DNA of 64,000 nt from Escherichia coli (lineage in GTDB: Bacteria; Pseudomonadota; Gammaproteobacteria; Enterobacterales; Enterobacteriaceae), in NCBI RefSeq assembly GCF_003790525.1, contig NZ_CP033635.1. One strand, 5' to 3'. The notes beneath the pieces are model-generated. The model worked only from the letters and a program-made list of their open reading frames with translations. It had not been told where the DNA came from and ran no database searches. Position numbers and translations under genes: made by a program. Of the stretch, positions 28,930 to 39,417 are shown piece after piece (within the stretch, counting starts at the first letter, position 1; every line of letters begins with the position of its first letter).

Positions 28930-30483
28930 ATGCAAATGATTACCTCGCGACAAAACAGATTATTACGATTCCTTCTACCACGAAGGGAATATACGACTAT
29001 TGTTACAATTGCCGGCTATTTAAATGTTTCGGAAAAAACCATTCAACGTGATTTACGTTTACTTGAGCAATGGCTGGGGCAATGGAGAATAAATGTTGAG
29101 AAGCGTGCTGGCGCGGGTGTGATGTTAAGCGCGGAGAATATTGCTGATTTGCTGCATCTTGATCATTTGTTGGGAGCAGAATGTGAAGAGATTGATGGTG
29201 TAATGAATAATGCCAGGCGCGTTAAAATAGCGTCGCAGTTATTAAGTGAAACACCGAATGAAACGTCGATCAGTAAATTGTCAGAACGCTACTTTATCAG
29301 CGGAGCCTCTATTGTTAATGACCTGAGAGTAATTGAGTCCTGGCTTGCGCCGTTGGGGTTATCATTGATCCGCAGCCCAAGTGGTACGCATATTGAAGGT
29401 AGTGAAGGGCAAGTCCGACAGGCAATGGCATTACTGATTAACGGCATTATTAACCATAATGAGCCGCAAGGTGTCGTGTATTCACGTCTGGATCCCGGAA
29501 GCTATAAAGCATTAGTCCATTATTTTGGAGAGGAAGAAGTGTTATTTGTCCAGTCATTGTTACTGGATATGGAAAATGAATTAAGTTGGTCTTTGGGAGA
29601 ACCTTATTACGTTAACATTTTTACTCACATCCTTATTATGATGTATCGCAACACGCACGGGAATGCGTTATCAAGAGAAGAAGATCAAACCAGGCAATAT
29701 GATGAAAATATCTTTAATGTTGCCAGTCAGATGATTCATAAGATAGAACAACGAATTGCACATACATTGCCCGATGATGAAGTCTGGTTTATTTATCAAT
29801 ATATCATTTCATCAGGTGTGGCGATTGATGGACAAAAAGATGTGAGCATTATTTCACATATGCAGGCCAGCAATGAAGCGCGTCTGATTACCTGGCGTTT
29901 AATTACGGTATTCAGTGACATCGTGGACTGCGATTTTAGTGAAGACAGCGCATTATATGATGGCTTAATGGTGCATATTAAACCGCTGATTAACCGACTA
30001 AATTATCGTATTCATATCCGTAATCCATTGTTGGAAGATATTAAAGCAGAACTAGCGGATGTCTGGCGGTTGACGCAATATGTGGTGAATCAGGTATTTA
30101 AAACCTGGGGTGAGAATGCAGTGAGCGAGGATGAAGTGGGTTACCTGACCGTTCATTTTCAGGCTGCGATGGAGCGGCAAATTGCCCGTAAACGTGTATT
30201 ACTGGTCTGTTCAACCGGAATCGGAACTTCGCATCTACTGAAAAGCCGTATTCTGCGAGCATTTCCTGAATGGACGATTGTTGATGTTATTTCAGCAGCG
30301 AATTTATCACAGGTTTTGCCTGACAATATCGAACTGATTATTTCGACAATTAATTTGCCTACAGTCACTATGCCGGTCGCTTATGTTACCGCTTTTTTTA
30401 ATGATGCCGATATTAAGCGGGTCACTGAAATGGTGATTACGGAAAAATTACATCATGCGACGTCTCGGGTCGTTGAAATTTAA
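28930..30483 (+). CDS. PRD-domain transcriptional regulator with PTS EIIB-like domain (MtlR/LicR/ManR-type)
   Basis: 517 aa: N-terminal HTH, central PRD-like helical regions, C-terminal EIIB(Gat)-like segment LLVCSTGIGTSHLLKSRI. Confidence 0.7.
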   Translation: MQMITSRQNRLLRFLLPRREYTTIVTIAGYLNVSEKTIQRDLRLLEQWLGQWRINVEKRAGAGVMLSAENIADLLHLDHLLGAECEEIDGVMNNARRVKIASQLLSETPNETSISKLSERYFISGASIVNDLRVIESWLAPLGLSLIRSPSGTHIEGSEGQVRQAMALLINGIINHNEPQGVVYSRLDPGSYKALVHYFGEEEVLFVQSLLLDMENELSWSLGEPYYVNIFTHILIMMYRNTHGNALSREEDQTRQYDENIFNVASQMIHKIEQRIAHTLPDDEVWFIYQYIISSGVAIDGQKDVSIISHMQASNEARLITWRLITVFSDIVDCDFSEDSALYDGLMVHIKPLINRLNYRIHIRNPLLEDIKAELADVWRLTQYVVNQVFKTWGENAVSEDEVGYLTVHFQAAMERQIARKRVLLVCSTGIGTSHLLKSRILRAFPEWTIVDVISAANLSQVLPDNIELIISTINLPTVTMPVAYVTAFFNDADIKRVTEMVITEKLHHATSRVVEI

Positions 30484-30509
30484 TGTCAGAATTTTATGAG
30501 GTATGACGA

Positions 30510-30980
30510 ATGGACATAACAAAAATCCTGAATACGAATCGCGTTATTTTAGATATGCAAGCGACGAATAAAGCGGAGGCGATTGAAGAATTAACTAATC
30601 TTCTCAAAAAAGATGGTGCGATCGATTGTCGGGAAACCTTTATTAAAGATGTCTGGCAGCGCGAAGCGGAAGGCTCGACTGGTTTTGAAAATCATATTGC
30701 GATCCCGCATGGTAAATCTTCTGCGGTAATTAATACTACGCTGGCAATTGGCCGTACCCGCCAGGATATTCCCTGGGAAACGCTGGATGGCAGTAGCGTG
30801 CGCTGTATTATTTTATTTGCGGTACGTCTTGAAGATCAAAATACCACCCATATCCGTTTACTTTCCCAGGTCGCGGGCGCGCTGGCGGATGATGACATCA
30901 TAGAACAATTGTTAGTTGAGACGAGTCCGCAAAAAATCATTGATCTCTTTAGTCAGTATGCACAATCCGATGTCTGCTAA
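30510..30980 (+). CDS. PTS EIIA component (fructose/mannitol type-2 family)
   Basis: 156 aa with ENHIAIPHGKS active-site histidine region. Confidence 0.75.
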   Translation: MDITKILNTNRVILDMQATNKAEAIEELTNLLKKDGAIDCRETFIKDVWQREAEGSTGFENHIAIPHGKSSAVINTTLAIGRTRQDIPWETLDGSSVRCIILFAVRLEDQNTTHIRLLSQVAGALADDDIIEQLLVETSPQKIIDLFSQYAQSDVC

Positions 30981-30997
30981 ATAACAGGGAGTATGTC

Positions 30998-31312
30998 ATG
31001 AATATTGTCTGTGTTGCCGCCTGTACGGCGGGTATTGCTCATACCTATATTGCTCGTGAAAAGTTAATCAAAGGAGCAAAAGCTCTGGGCCATACCATTA
31101 AAGTTGAAACCCAGGGAACCATTGGTACAGAAAATGAATTACAGGCGGCAGATATCTCTGCTGCTGACGTCGTGATTCTTGCTGTAGATGTGAAAATAAA
31201 AGGAGAAGAACGCTTCACCAATAAACGTATTGTGCGAGTAAAGACAGAGATCGTCATTAAATCGCCCGTTCAATTTCTTGAAAAGGTCGAAAAATCACTG
31301 GGAAACAAATGA
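30998..31312 (+). CDS. PTS EIIB component (fructose-like)
   Basis: 104 aa; N-terminal active-site cysteine context MNIVCVAACTAGIAHTYIA. Confidence 0.75.
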   Translation: MNIVCVAACTAGIAHTYIAREKLIKGAKALGHTIKVETQGTIGTENELQAADISAADVVILAVDVKIKGEERFTNKRIVRVKTEIVIKSPVQFLEKVEKSLGNK

Positions 31313-31336
31313 TCCTTATACTGGAGGGATCTTAAT

Positions 31337-32428
31337 ATGAAAGAAAATAAAATTCCGGTTTCACAGGAAATTAAAAAACATTTATTAACCGGCATCTCGT
31401 GGATGATACCCCTTATTGTGGCCGCCGGGATATGTATTGCGTTGGGGCAAGTTCTTGGCGGTACAGATGTTGGTGAAAAAACAGGAACAATCCCGTGGAT
31501 GCTTAATCAGATTGGCGGCTGGGGAATGGGGCTGATTGTGCCGCTGATTAGCGCGGCAATTGCCTATTCTATTGCTGATCGTCCCGGTTTTGCCCCGGGC
31601 CTGATTGTCGGCTTTCTCTGTGGGCAAATCCATACCGGATTTATTGGCGGTATGTTGGGTGGTTTCCTGGTGGGCTACACCATTTTGCTACTTAAACGCT
31701 ATATCCGCCTGCCGCAGTCGATGCAAGGACTCATGCCAATCATGGTGTTGCCGGTATTAAGCACCATTATCGGTGGGCTGTTAATGATGACGCTGATTGG
31801 TAAACCCATCGCCTGGTTACAAGAAGCACTGATTCATTTGCTCGAGTCGATGCAGGGCGGATCGCGCTTCCTGATGGGGGCCATACTTGGCGCGATGGCA
31901 ACCTTCGATTTCGGTGGTCCGGTCAACAAAACCATGTCGCTGTTTTCCGATGGCTTGCTGGTCAGTGGCGTCTACGGACCAGAAGCCGTGAAATTTGTCG
32001 GCTCAATCATCCCTCCGTTTGGCATCACACTTTCGTTCTTACTGACACGGCATAAATACACCCGTGCGGAGCGCGAGGCGCTGAAAGCCGCGTTTCCGAT
32101 GGGGATCTGCATGATCACTGAAGGAGTCATTCCGATCGCCGCGCGTGACCTGCTGCGAGTAGTGGGATCTTGTGTGGTGGCATCGGCGGTCGCGGGCGGC
32201 TTAATCATGGTGTGGGGCGTGGAGAGTCCGGTTCCGCATGGCGGCATGTTTGTTGTGCCTCTGTTCACCCATCCTCTGCTGTTTTGCCTGGCGCTGGGTA
32301 TAGGCACGGTGATTTGTGGCGTGATGCTTTCACTCTGGAAGAAACCGGTAACGGAACGCGACGAAGAGTTTGACGAACTGAGCGATCAAAAGCTGAAAGA
32401 TGAAGAGATCACTTTCACCCTCGAATAA
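31337..32428 (+). CDS. PTS EIIC permease (fructose-like)
   Basis: 363-aa polytopic membrane protein immediately after EIIA and EIIB. Confidence 0.75.
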   Translation: MKENKIPVSQEIKKHLLTGISWMIPLIVAAGICIALGQVLGGTDVGEKTGTIPWMLNQIGGWGMGLIVPLISAAIAYSIADRPGFAPGLIVGFLCGQIHTGFIGGMLGGFLVGYTILLLKRYIRLPQSMQGLMPIMVLPVLSTIIGGLLMMTLIGKPIAWLQEALIHLLESMQGGSRFLMGAILGAMATFDFGGPVNKTMSLFSDGLLVSGVYGPEAVKFVGSIIPPFGITLSFLLTRHKYTRAEREALKAAFPMGICMITEGVIPIAARDLLRVVGSCVVASAVAGGLIMVWGVESPVPHGGMFVVPLFTHPLLFCLALGIGTVICGVMLSLWKKPVTERDEEFDELSDQKLKDEEITFTLE

Positions 32429-32439
32429 CCGGAGGCCCT

Positions 32440-33291
32440 ATGTTTGCCGATATGAAAAGTATGGTGATGAAAGCCTGGCATGAACATTACGCCTTACTGG
32501 CGATCAACTGTATGAATCTGGAAAGTGCTCACGCAGCTATCCGCGTGGCGGAGAAGAATCGCGCTCCGATCATTCTCAATCTCTATCAGGGGCATCTGGC
32601 GCATTTTCCAGCACCCGTCGCGGCGGCAGTGGTTAAAACGCTCGCGGAATCTGCCTCAGTACCGGTCGCTCTGGCGCTTGATCATGGCAAAAATCCGGAC
32701 TGTATTCGTCAGGCGTTTCGTGCTGGTTTCAGCGGATTAATGATTGATGCTTCTGCTTTTCCCCTGGAGGAAAACGTGCGCCAGACCAGGGCGGTGGTGG
32801 AACTCGCCGCCAGCGCGCAGCTCTGCGTGGAAGGCGAACTGGGCCATCTGGCAGATGCGCCGCGTTACGACCAGGCCGCCAATGCAGACCTGATGACGCA
32901 ACCCACTGATGTGGAAACGTTTATCGCGCAGACAGGCATTGATCTACTGGCCGTCTCGGTAGGCACGGCGCACGGCATGTACGCGCCTGGTGTTGTACCT
33001 GCTATTGATTTTCAGCGTCTGGCGGAGATTTTCCACTGCTCGAGCGTGCCTCTGGCATTACATGGCGGTAGCGGTACGCCGTTCGATCAGCTCCAGCTCT
33101 GTACGACGCTGGGGGTAGCAAAAATCAACGTGGGGGCGGCCATTTTTGAACGGGGGAAATCCGCGCTCCTGCATACCCTCTGTCACGATATATCCATTGA
33201 ACTGGTGGACGCGCTGAAAGCTATGGAACTGGCCTTCGAAGAAGCGATTACACCGTATTTACAGGCGAGCGGCTCTATCGGCAAAGCCTGA
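32440..33291 (+). CDS. Class II ketose-bisphosphate aldolase (GatY/KbaY/Fba-like), paralog 1
   Basis: 283 aa with class II aldolase signature (LALDHGKNPD, HGGSGTP). Confidence 0.7.
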   Translation: MFADMKSMVMKAWHEHYALLAINCMNLESAHAAIRVAEKNRAPIILNLYQGHLAHFPAPVAAAVVKTLAESASVPVALALDHGKNPDCIRQAFRAGFSGLMIDASAFPLEENVRQTRAVVELAASAQLCVEGELGHLADAPRYDQAANADLMTQPTDVETFIAQTGIDLLAVSVGTAHGMYAPGVVPAIDFQRLAEIFHCSSVPLALHGGSGTPFDQLQLCTTLGVAKINVGAAIFERGKSALLHTLCHDISIELVDALKAMELAFEEAITPYLQASGSIGKA

Positions 33292-33371
33292 TTCATTTTC
33301 TGTCATGGCCTTTATGCCAGTGCAATAACGCACCGGCAGGGCGGACTACACGCTGAAACTGGAGATTTAAC

Positions 33372-34232
33372 ATGTTAGTTTCGATGAAAGAATTACTGCA
33401 ACCTACCCGCCAGCACGGCTTTGCCATTGGCGCATTTAATGTGGCGGATAACTGTTTCCTTCGCGCAGTCGTGGATGAAGCAGAAGCGACAAATACTCCG
33501 GCGATTATTGCCATCCATCCCAGCGAACATGATTTTGTGGGCGATGCCTTTTTCGCTCACGTTCGCGAAATTACCCAGCGTAGTCCGGTCCCGTTTGTAC
33601 TGCACCTCGATCATGGTGCCTCTGTAGAGCATGTTTTGCGTGCGATTCGCTGCGGATTTACCTCAGTAATGATCGACGGTTCGCTGCTGCCGTATGAAGA
33701 AAACGTGGCGCTGACCGCAGAAGTGGTTCGCCTCGCTCACGCGGTTGGAGTGTCGGTTGAGGGTGAACTGGGAACCATCGGACAAACAGGAACGTCGGTA
33801 GAAGGTGGTGTTTCACAAGTGACCTACACAGATCCGGCGCAGGCCGCCGATTTTATTGCTCGTACAGGTGCCGACACTCTGGCTGTGGCGATTGGTACAG
33901 CGCATGGCATCTATCCAAAAGGGATGCAGCCGAAGCTGCAAATGGACATTTTGCGCGACATTGCCGGACGTATTGATATTCCGCTGGTGCTACACGGTGG
34001 TTCGGCAAACCCGGACGCGGAGATTGCTGAATCAGTTACGCTCGGCGTCGGCAAAATCAATATCTCCAGCGATATGAAATACGCCTATTTCCAGAAAGTG
34101 CGTGAAATTCTCGCTAAAGAGAGCTGGTGGGACCCGAACGTCATCTATCCGGATGCGATTAACGCGGCGCGGGAAGTCATTCGCCAGAAAATGAAACTGT
34201 TCGGTTCGATCGGTAAAGCGTCACTGTACTAA
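33372..34232 (+). CDS. Class II ketose-bisphosphate aldolase (GatY/KbaY/Fba-like), paralog 2
   Basis: 286 aa with class II aldolase signature (LHLDHGAS, VLHGGSANP, GVGKINISSD). Confidence 0.75.
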   Translation: MLVSMKELLQPTRQHGFAIGAFNVADNCFLRAVVDEAEATNTPAIIAIHPSEHDFVGDAFFAHVREITQRSPVPFVLHLDHGASVEHVLRAIRCGFTSVMIDGSLLPYEENVALTAEVVRLAHAVGVSVEGELGTIGQTGTSVEGGVSQVTYTDPAQAADFIARTGADTLAVAIGTAHGIYPKGMQPKLQMDILRDIAGRIDIPLVLHGGSANPDAEIAESVTLGVGKINISSDMKYAYFQKVREILAKESWWDPNVIYPDAINAAREVIRQKMKLFGSIGKASLY

Positions 34233-34279
34233 GCCAGAAGGGCGGGGCAACCCGCCTTTTACGCAACAAGGAACGAGAT

Positions 34280-35212
34280 ATGCACTATCTGGGGTTGGAT
34301 ATTGGTGGGACCAAAATCGCCGCCGTCGTCATGGATGCGCATGGCTGGGAGATTCGCCGTTACCGCTGCCCGACGCAAAAGTCGACATATCAACAATTTG
34401 TCTCATGCGTTGTGGCGCTTATCGAGCAGATTAGGCGGGACGTTCAACGACCGATGCTGACAGGGATCGCCTTACCCGGCAGTATCTCGCCACTCACTGG
34501 CCTGATTAAAAACGCGAATATTCAGGTGATTAACGGTCATGCGTTACAGGCTGATTTGCAGCAATTGCTTGGGCAACCGGTGGTGATAGCCAATGATGGT
34601 AACTGTTTCGCGCTATCAGAAGCTTGCGACGGTGCCGGGCAAGATTATGACGTGGTATTTGGTATTACGCTTGGTTCGGGCTGCGGCGGTGGCATTGCCA
34701 TCAAGCAACGACCGTTTATAGGGGCCTGGGGAAATGCTGCCGAATGCGGTCATATCACGTTGCCAGGCTATATGGAGCAGGAAGATGGTCCATCAGTCAG
34801 TTGCTATTGCGGCAAACACAACTGCGTGGAGTCGTTTGTTTCCGGCAGCGGTTTTAGTGAACGCTATCAACAGATGACTGGTAACTTGCTCACTCCTGCG
34901 GCGATTGTCACCCTGGCACAACGTGGTGATGCTTGTGCCATGCAGCAGGTGGCACGTTTTCGCCAACAGCTTGCCCGCACGCTGGCAACCATCGTTAACG
35001 TTGTTGACCCTGGCGTGATTGTCATCGGCGGCGGGCTTTCGAATGTGGAACTGCTTATCGCCGATCTGAACACAGAAGTCGCTCCTCTGGTTTTCACCGA
35101 CCAATTCACCACCCCCATTGTAAAAGCACTGCACGGCGACAGTAGCGGAATGCGTGGCGCTGCCTGGCTTGCTATGCGCAACGGAGAAGCCAATGAAACG
35201 TTCACAAATTAA
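34280..35212 (+). CDS. ROK-family sugar kinase
   Basis: 310 aa; N-terminal LGLDIGGTKIAAVV ATP-binding motif and cysteine-rich zinc motif (CYCGKHNC). Confidence 0.75.
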   Translation: MHYLGLDIGGTKIAAVVMDAHGWEIRRYRCPTQKSTYQQFVSCVVALIEQIRRDVQRPMLTGIALPGSISPLTGLIKNANIQVINGHALQADLQQLLGQPVVIANDGNCFALSEACDGAGQDYDVVFGITLGSGCGGGIAIKQRPFIGAWGNAAECGHITLPGYMEQEDGPSVSCYCGKHNCVESFVSGSGFSERYQQMTGNLLTPAAIVTLAQRGDACAMQQVARFRQQLARTLATIVNVVDPGVIVIGGGLSNVELLIADLNTEVAPLVFTDQFTTPIVKALHGDSSGMRGAAWLAMRNGEANETFTN

Positions 35213-35873
35213 TTATGTTATTGATAAAGCACATGCCATTGCGCAGACCTTCCGCGTTTGTTTGCCAGAGTTCGCCTATTTTACGGTGGATGACTGGCTG
35301 CAGCTGGAACGGGATAACTGGCAAGAAGTGGTCGACTTACAGCTCGGTTGGGATATCACCGATTTTGGTCGTGGTGATTTCAACCAAACGGGACTAACAC
35401 TGCTAACGATGCGCAACGGCGCGCTGGGGGCGGCGGCATATCCAAAACCGTATGCTGAGAAAATGTTGCAGATCCAACAAGATCAGCAAACTCCCTGGCA
35501 TTTTCACACCCACAAAATGGAAGATATCCTCAATCGGGGCGGTGGAGACTTATGCATGCAGTTGGCCTGGGCCAACGAAGCCAATCTCTGTGATGATCAA
35601 CGAGTCATTACCGTGAGTGTTGATGGTCAGCGGCGTACCATGAAACCTGGTGAAACGCTGGTGCTAAAGCCGGGGCAGGGCATTTGCCTGCCGCCGCGTC
35701 TGTATCATCGCTTCTGGGCGGAAAAAGCGTTTGTTCTCGGCTGGGAAATCTCGATGGTAAATGATGACCAACACGATAACTATTTTCTTGAGCCGGGAGG
35801 ACGTTTTCCGGCGATAGAAGAAGATGAACCGGTGAAATGGTTATTGTGCAGTGAGTATGGAATTTTGCGCTAA
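35193..35873 (+). CDS. D-lyxose/D-mannose isomerase-like cupin
   Basis: About 226 aa from the ATG at 35193 (MKRSQINYVIDKAHAIA...); cupin-type metal site context (WHFHTHKMEDI). The start overlaps the ROK kinase 3' end by 20 nt. Confidence 0.65.
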   Translation: MKRSQINYVIDKAHAIAQTFRVCLPEFAYFTVDDWLQLERDNWQEVVDLQLGWDITDFGRGDFNQTGLTLLTMRNGALGAAAYPKPYAEKMLQIQQDQQTPWHFHTHKMEDILNRGGGDLCMQLAWANEANLCDDQRVITVSVDGQRRTMKPGETLVLKPGQGICLPPRLYHRFWAEKAFVLGWEISMVNDDQHDNYFLEPGGRFPAIEEDEPVKWLLCSEYGILR

Positions 35874-35882
35874 TAACGGGGA

Positions 35883-35918
35883 ACGCTAGCGCTGATATCC
35901 GCTAGCGTCCTTATTTTT
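35883..35918. terminator. Bidirectional hairpin between convergent lyxose-isomerase-like gene and yicH
   Basis: Perfect 9-bp stem acgctagcg / cgctagcgt with an 8-nt loop, followed by a T-rich tract. Confidence 0.5.
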
Positions 35919-37626
35919 ACTGCACCGACTCCGTCGACGTAACTTCACCACTGGAAACTACGCCCGCATTCATGGTTTGAGTCACTTGCTGCTTTGCGGC
36001 ATTCACGGCATGCAATTGCCCGCTAACCGTAGGTTTCAGCGGGATATTGGCCTGAATATTGCCGCTGGCGGTAAGCTGAATATTGCCGTCGCCAGTCAAC
36101 GGTAATTCAGGCCATCCCCACTGTTGCAAAATATTCACCGGCACACCGCGTCCATTCAGGCTGATATGGGTCTGACGTTGTGGCGTTTGTGAAACACTGG
36201 CGGTGGCTTCCAGAATGCCTTTTTCAGTAAATGCACTCAGTTCGCTGATATTCACCGTGCTGCTGTTGGCGGTCAGCGCCAGCGATGGGCGACGAACATC
36301 AACACGATTGAATGTCGCGGCGGCGGCATTCAGATTCGCCGAACCACTCCAGACGCCCCATTTATGATCGGTAACCAGCGTCAGGTTGGCACCGTAACCA
36401 TCGAGCGCGGTGAGCTGCCACGGGAAGTCAGGGTCGATATCAATGATCAGATTGCGGCTGGCGCTAAATCTCTTCAGTTGCAGGCTGTTTAACCAACCGG
36501 GTGTCGTTTCCATCCACAACTGTTGCCAGTTTTTTGGCAAGGTATATTCCAGTCCGGCAATTGCCGCATCATCGAGGATCAACATTTTCCCGTCACGCAA
36601 CCAGTTCCCTGACGTTCTGACCATGCCCCCTTCCCAGCGGCTGGTGAACTGGCGCAGTGCTACGCCCTGCGGGGAAAATTCCGCGTTTATAATCGGATCA
36701 AATAAATGCAGCGAGCCATAAATAAACTCGCTGGCGTTCATCGACAGTTTACCTTCCTGTGTCTGCCAGTCATCTTTACTGAAGGTCATGTTGCGCAAGC
36801 TGAGATCGAGGTCGGTCACCGCCCAGTCCGGACCTTGCAAACGAGCGTCGATGACTTCCAGGCGACCAATCTGCAACGACGGGACAGAGCGTAATGGCGC
36901 AAAGAAGTCGGTTAGCGATTTTTCGCTTTGTAGACGGATATCCGCCATGCGCAGGTTTTCCACTTGCCAGCTGCCGTCAGCGTTACGCTGCGCGTTTCCG
37001 GTTAATGTCCCGCGGGCGATGTCGGCACCCAGGTTAGTCAGCGTAACGCGATCGTTATCAATACTGCCTTCAATCAGTACATTGGTGGCAGGAACATCAT
37101 TGAGCGAAAGCGATCCGGCACTAAACTGAATCTGCGCCTTCGTACCCAGCACTTTACCGGCTTCTGGTGACCAAGGAACCACGCCGCCATTTACCCGCTG
37201 CGCGCTCAGTTTCCATTCGCTATTCGGGCTATTAAACGCCATATCACGTAGTTGCAGACGATCGGCTTTGAACGGTAGCGGCGCGGTCTGGTCGGTGAGA
37301 TTCAGCGTCCCGTTTTCCAGCAGGATGGTATCGACATGGCGTGGTTCGGTCAGTTGCCGACTGCTTAGCGCAATGTCGACACTTTTTGCCACCAGGGTCG
37401 CGGGCTGGCCATCACGGCCAAACGTGACGTTCTCCAGCACGATATGAGATGGCGCGGAAAAACGGTGATCCATCGCCCCGAAGGCCAGATGATAGTCGCT
37501 ATTCTCGGAAACCCATGCGCTGATATGTTCTGCTCCCCAGCGAGTTTGCAGCAGAAAATAGAGGCCAGCGATCACCACTAACAGAGCGATGAGAATGTAG
37601 AGAAGCAGCTTCCCAATAAATTTCAT
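35917..37626 (-). CDS. yicH: AsmA-family protein YicH
   Basis: Start chosen at MKFIGKLLLYILIALL (569 aa), with N-terminal signal anchor. Confidence 0.85.
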   Translation of the reverse strand: MKFIGKLLLYILIALLVVIAGLYFLLQTRWGAEHISAWVSENSDYHLAFGAMDHRFSAPSHIVLENVTFGRDGQPATLVAKSVDIALSSRQLTEPRHVDTILLENGTLNLTDQTAPLPFKADRLQLRDMAFNSPNSEWKLSAQRVNGGVVPWSPEAGKVLGTKAQIQFSAGSLSLNDVPATNVLIEGSIDNDRVTLTNLGADIARGTLTGNAQRNADGSWQVENLRMADIRLQSEKSLTDFFAPLRSVPSLQIGRLEVIDARLQGPDWAVTDLDLSLRNMTFSKDDWQTQEGKLSMNASEFIYGSLHLFDPIINAEFSPQGVALRQFTSRWEGGMVRTSGNWLRDGKMLILDDAAIAGLEYTLPKNWQQLWMETTPGWLNSLQLKRFSASRNLIIDIDPDFPWQLTALDGYGANLTLVTDHKWGVWSGSANLNAAAATFNRVDVRRPSLALTANSSTVNISELSAFTEKGILEATASVSQTPQRQTHISLNGRGVPVNILQQWGWPELPLTGDGNIQLTASGNIQANIPLKPTVSGQLHAVNAAKQQVTQTMNAGVVSSGEVTSTESVQ

Positions 37627-37746
37627 GGTCTTCCATCCCGTGAAATGCACATAAGGGAGTTATGCACGATTTACGCGCAATCCTCAAGGCGGGAATGGTG
37701 AAAGAGGTGAGACTGCGGCGGTAATTATCTTACCGCCGCCAGTGAA

Positions 37747-39138
37747 TTACTGTTTTTCTGGTGGGAAAATCAGATTCAGCACGATGGCAGTAATACCGCC
37801 CGCGGCGATCCCGGAGGAGAGCAGGTTTTTCAGCCATTCAGGGGCAAACTGCAAAATCAGCGGCTGCTGAGACACGCCCAGACCAACCGCCAGCGACAGC
37901 GCGATAATCAGAATCGCCCGACGGTTCAGCGGCTCACGAGACACAATGCGCACACCGGAGGCAGCGATGGTGCCAAACATTACAAGCGTTGCGCCGCCCA
38001 GAACCGGTTCTGGAATGTGTTGCACAAAACCGCTCACTGCCGGGAACAGACCCAGCACGATCAACATCAGCGCGACGACAAAACCGACATAGCGGCTGGC
38101 AACACCGGTTAACTGGATCACCCCGTTGTTCTGCCCGAAGCAGGAGTTCGGGAAGGTATTAAATACCGCCGAGACAAACGAGTTCAGGCCGTTTGCCAGC
38201 ACGCCGCCTTTCAGGCGTTTCATGTACAGCGGACCGGAAACCGGCTGTTCGGAAACGTCAGAGGTCGCCGTGATATCGCCAATGGTTTCCAGCGAAGTGA
38301 TCATAAAGACCAGCATCAGCGGCAGCAGCAGACTCCATTCAATGCCAAGACCGTAATAGAGCGGCGTTGGCACCATAATCAGTTCTTGCGTCATCGGTTC
38401 GTTGCTTTCTGGCAACATGTCCATAAACCACGCCAGCGCATATCCGGCCGCCATCGCAATCACCAGTGAGGCCACGCGTAAGTAAGGGTTACGTTGACGG
38501 TTAAGCAGGATAATTAAGGCTAAGACCACGCCTGCCAGCAGCAGATTTTTCGGTGCGCCGAAGGTGTTATCGCTCATGGCTGCGTAACCGCCGCCAATGG
38601 AGGTCAGCCCCACCTGAATTAGCGACAGGCCGATAATCATCACCACAACGCCAGAAACCAGCGGCGTAATAATGCGGCGCGCCAGATGCAGAACGCGGGA
38701 GATCACCATCTCGGTACAACTTGCCAGCATCAACGTGCCGAACAAAGCCGCCATCATGGTAGGAACATCAGCACCACCGGTCTTCAGCGCTGTGCCGCCC
38801 ATAATCAGCGGAGCAACAAAGTTGAAGCTGGTGCCCTGAATAGACAACAACCCGGAGCCAACCGGACCCCAGGCCTTAATTTGAATAATCGATGCCACAC
38901 CGGAGGCAAACAGCGACATACTAATAATGTGTTGCGTGTCTTGTGCCGGTAAACCCAGCGCCTGGCAGATTAATAGCGCTGGCGTGATCACCGCAACGAA
39001 CATCGCCAGCAAATGCTGACATGCGGCAAACAGGGTTTGAGGAAGCGGCGGACGATCTTCAAGACGGTAAATCAGTTCGCTGTTTTGAGTCTGCGCAACC
39101 GGTTGCGCATTTTCTGACTCGAGGGTGGAAACAGACAT
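37747..39138 (-). CDS. xanP: Xanthine permease XanP (NCS2 family)
   Basis: Start chosen at [12 protein letters not shown] (463 aa), matching K-12 XanP (YicE). Confidence 0.9.
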   Translation of the reverse strand: MSVSTLESENAQPVAQTQNSELIYRLEDRPPLPQTLFAACQHLLAMFVAVITPALLICQALGLPAQDTQHIISMSLFASGVASIIQIKAWGPVGSGLLSIQGTSFNFVAPLIMGGTALKTGGADVPTMMAALFGTLMLASCTEMVISRVLHLARRIITPLVSGVVVMIIGLSLIQVGLTSIGGGYAAMSDNTFGAPKNLLLAGVVLALIILLNRQRNPYLRVASLVIAMAAGYALAWFMDMLPESNEPMTQELIMVPTPLYYGLGIEWSLLLPLMLVFMITSLETIGDITATSDVSEQPVSGPLYMKRLKGGVLANGLNSFVSAVFNTFPNSCFGQNNGVIQLTGVASRYVGFVVALMLIVLGLFPAVSGFVQHIPEPVLGGATLVMFGTIAASGVRIVSREPLNRRAILIIALSLAVGLGVSQQPLILQFAPEWLKNLLSSGIAAGGITAIVLNLIFPPEKQ

Positions 39139-39417
39139 CGAAAACAATCCCGTGGTAGCAAAGCGGGCATTTTAGCTGACCGAAAGAGAAAAGCAAACGT
39201 TTGCTACATCCTCGTTTAAATATTTAAATGAGATAAATGTACTTTTTTATATAACTTTTAGTTGTTTTCTGCTTAAAATCCATGCCATTTTTCTATTTTC
39301 AGCGAAGAATTCGAACCAGGAAAGCATGACTCGATACTCGTCATATTTCGCCTTACTGCAAATGCGCGATGAAGTATGACGAGTATGAAAGAGTGATGCG
39401 GACACAAAGGAGTAACT

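Noticed and set aside
36410-37129. Plus-strand ORFs of 62-113 aa
   Set aside because: They are antisense to yicH, which has a continuous 569-aa frame matching the AsmA family.
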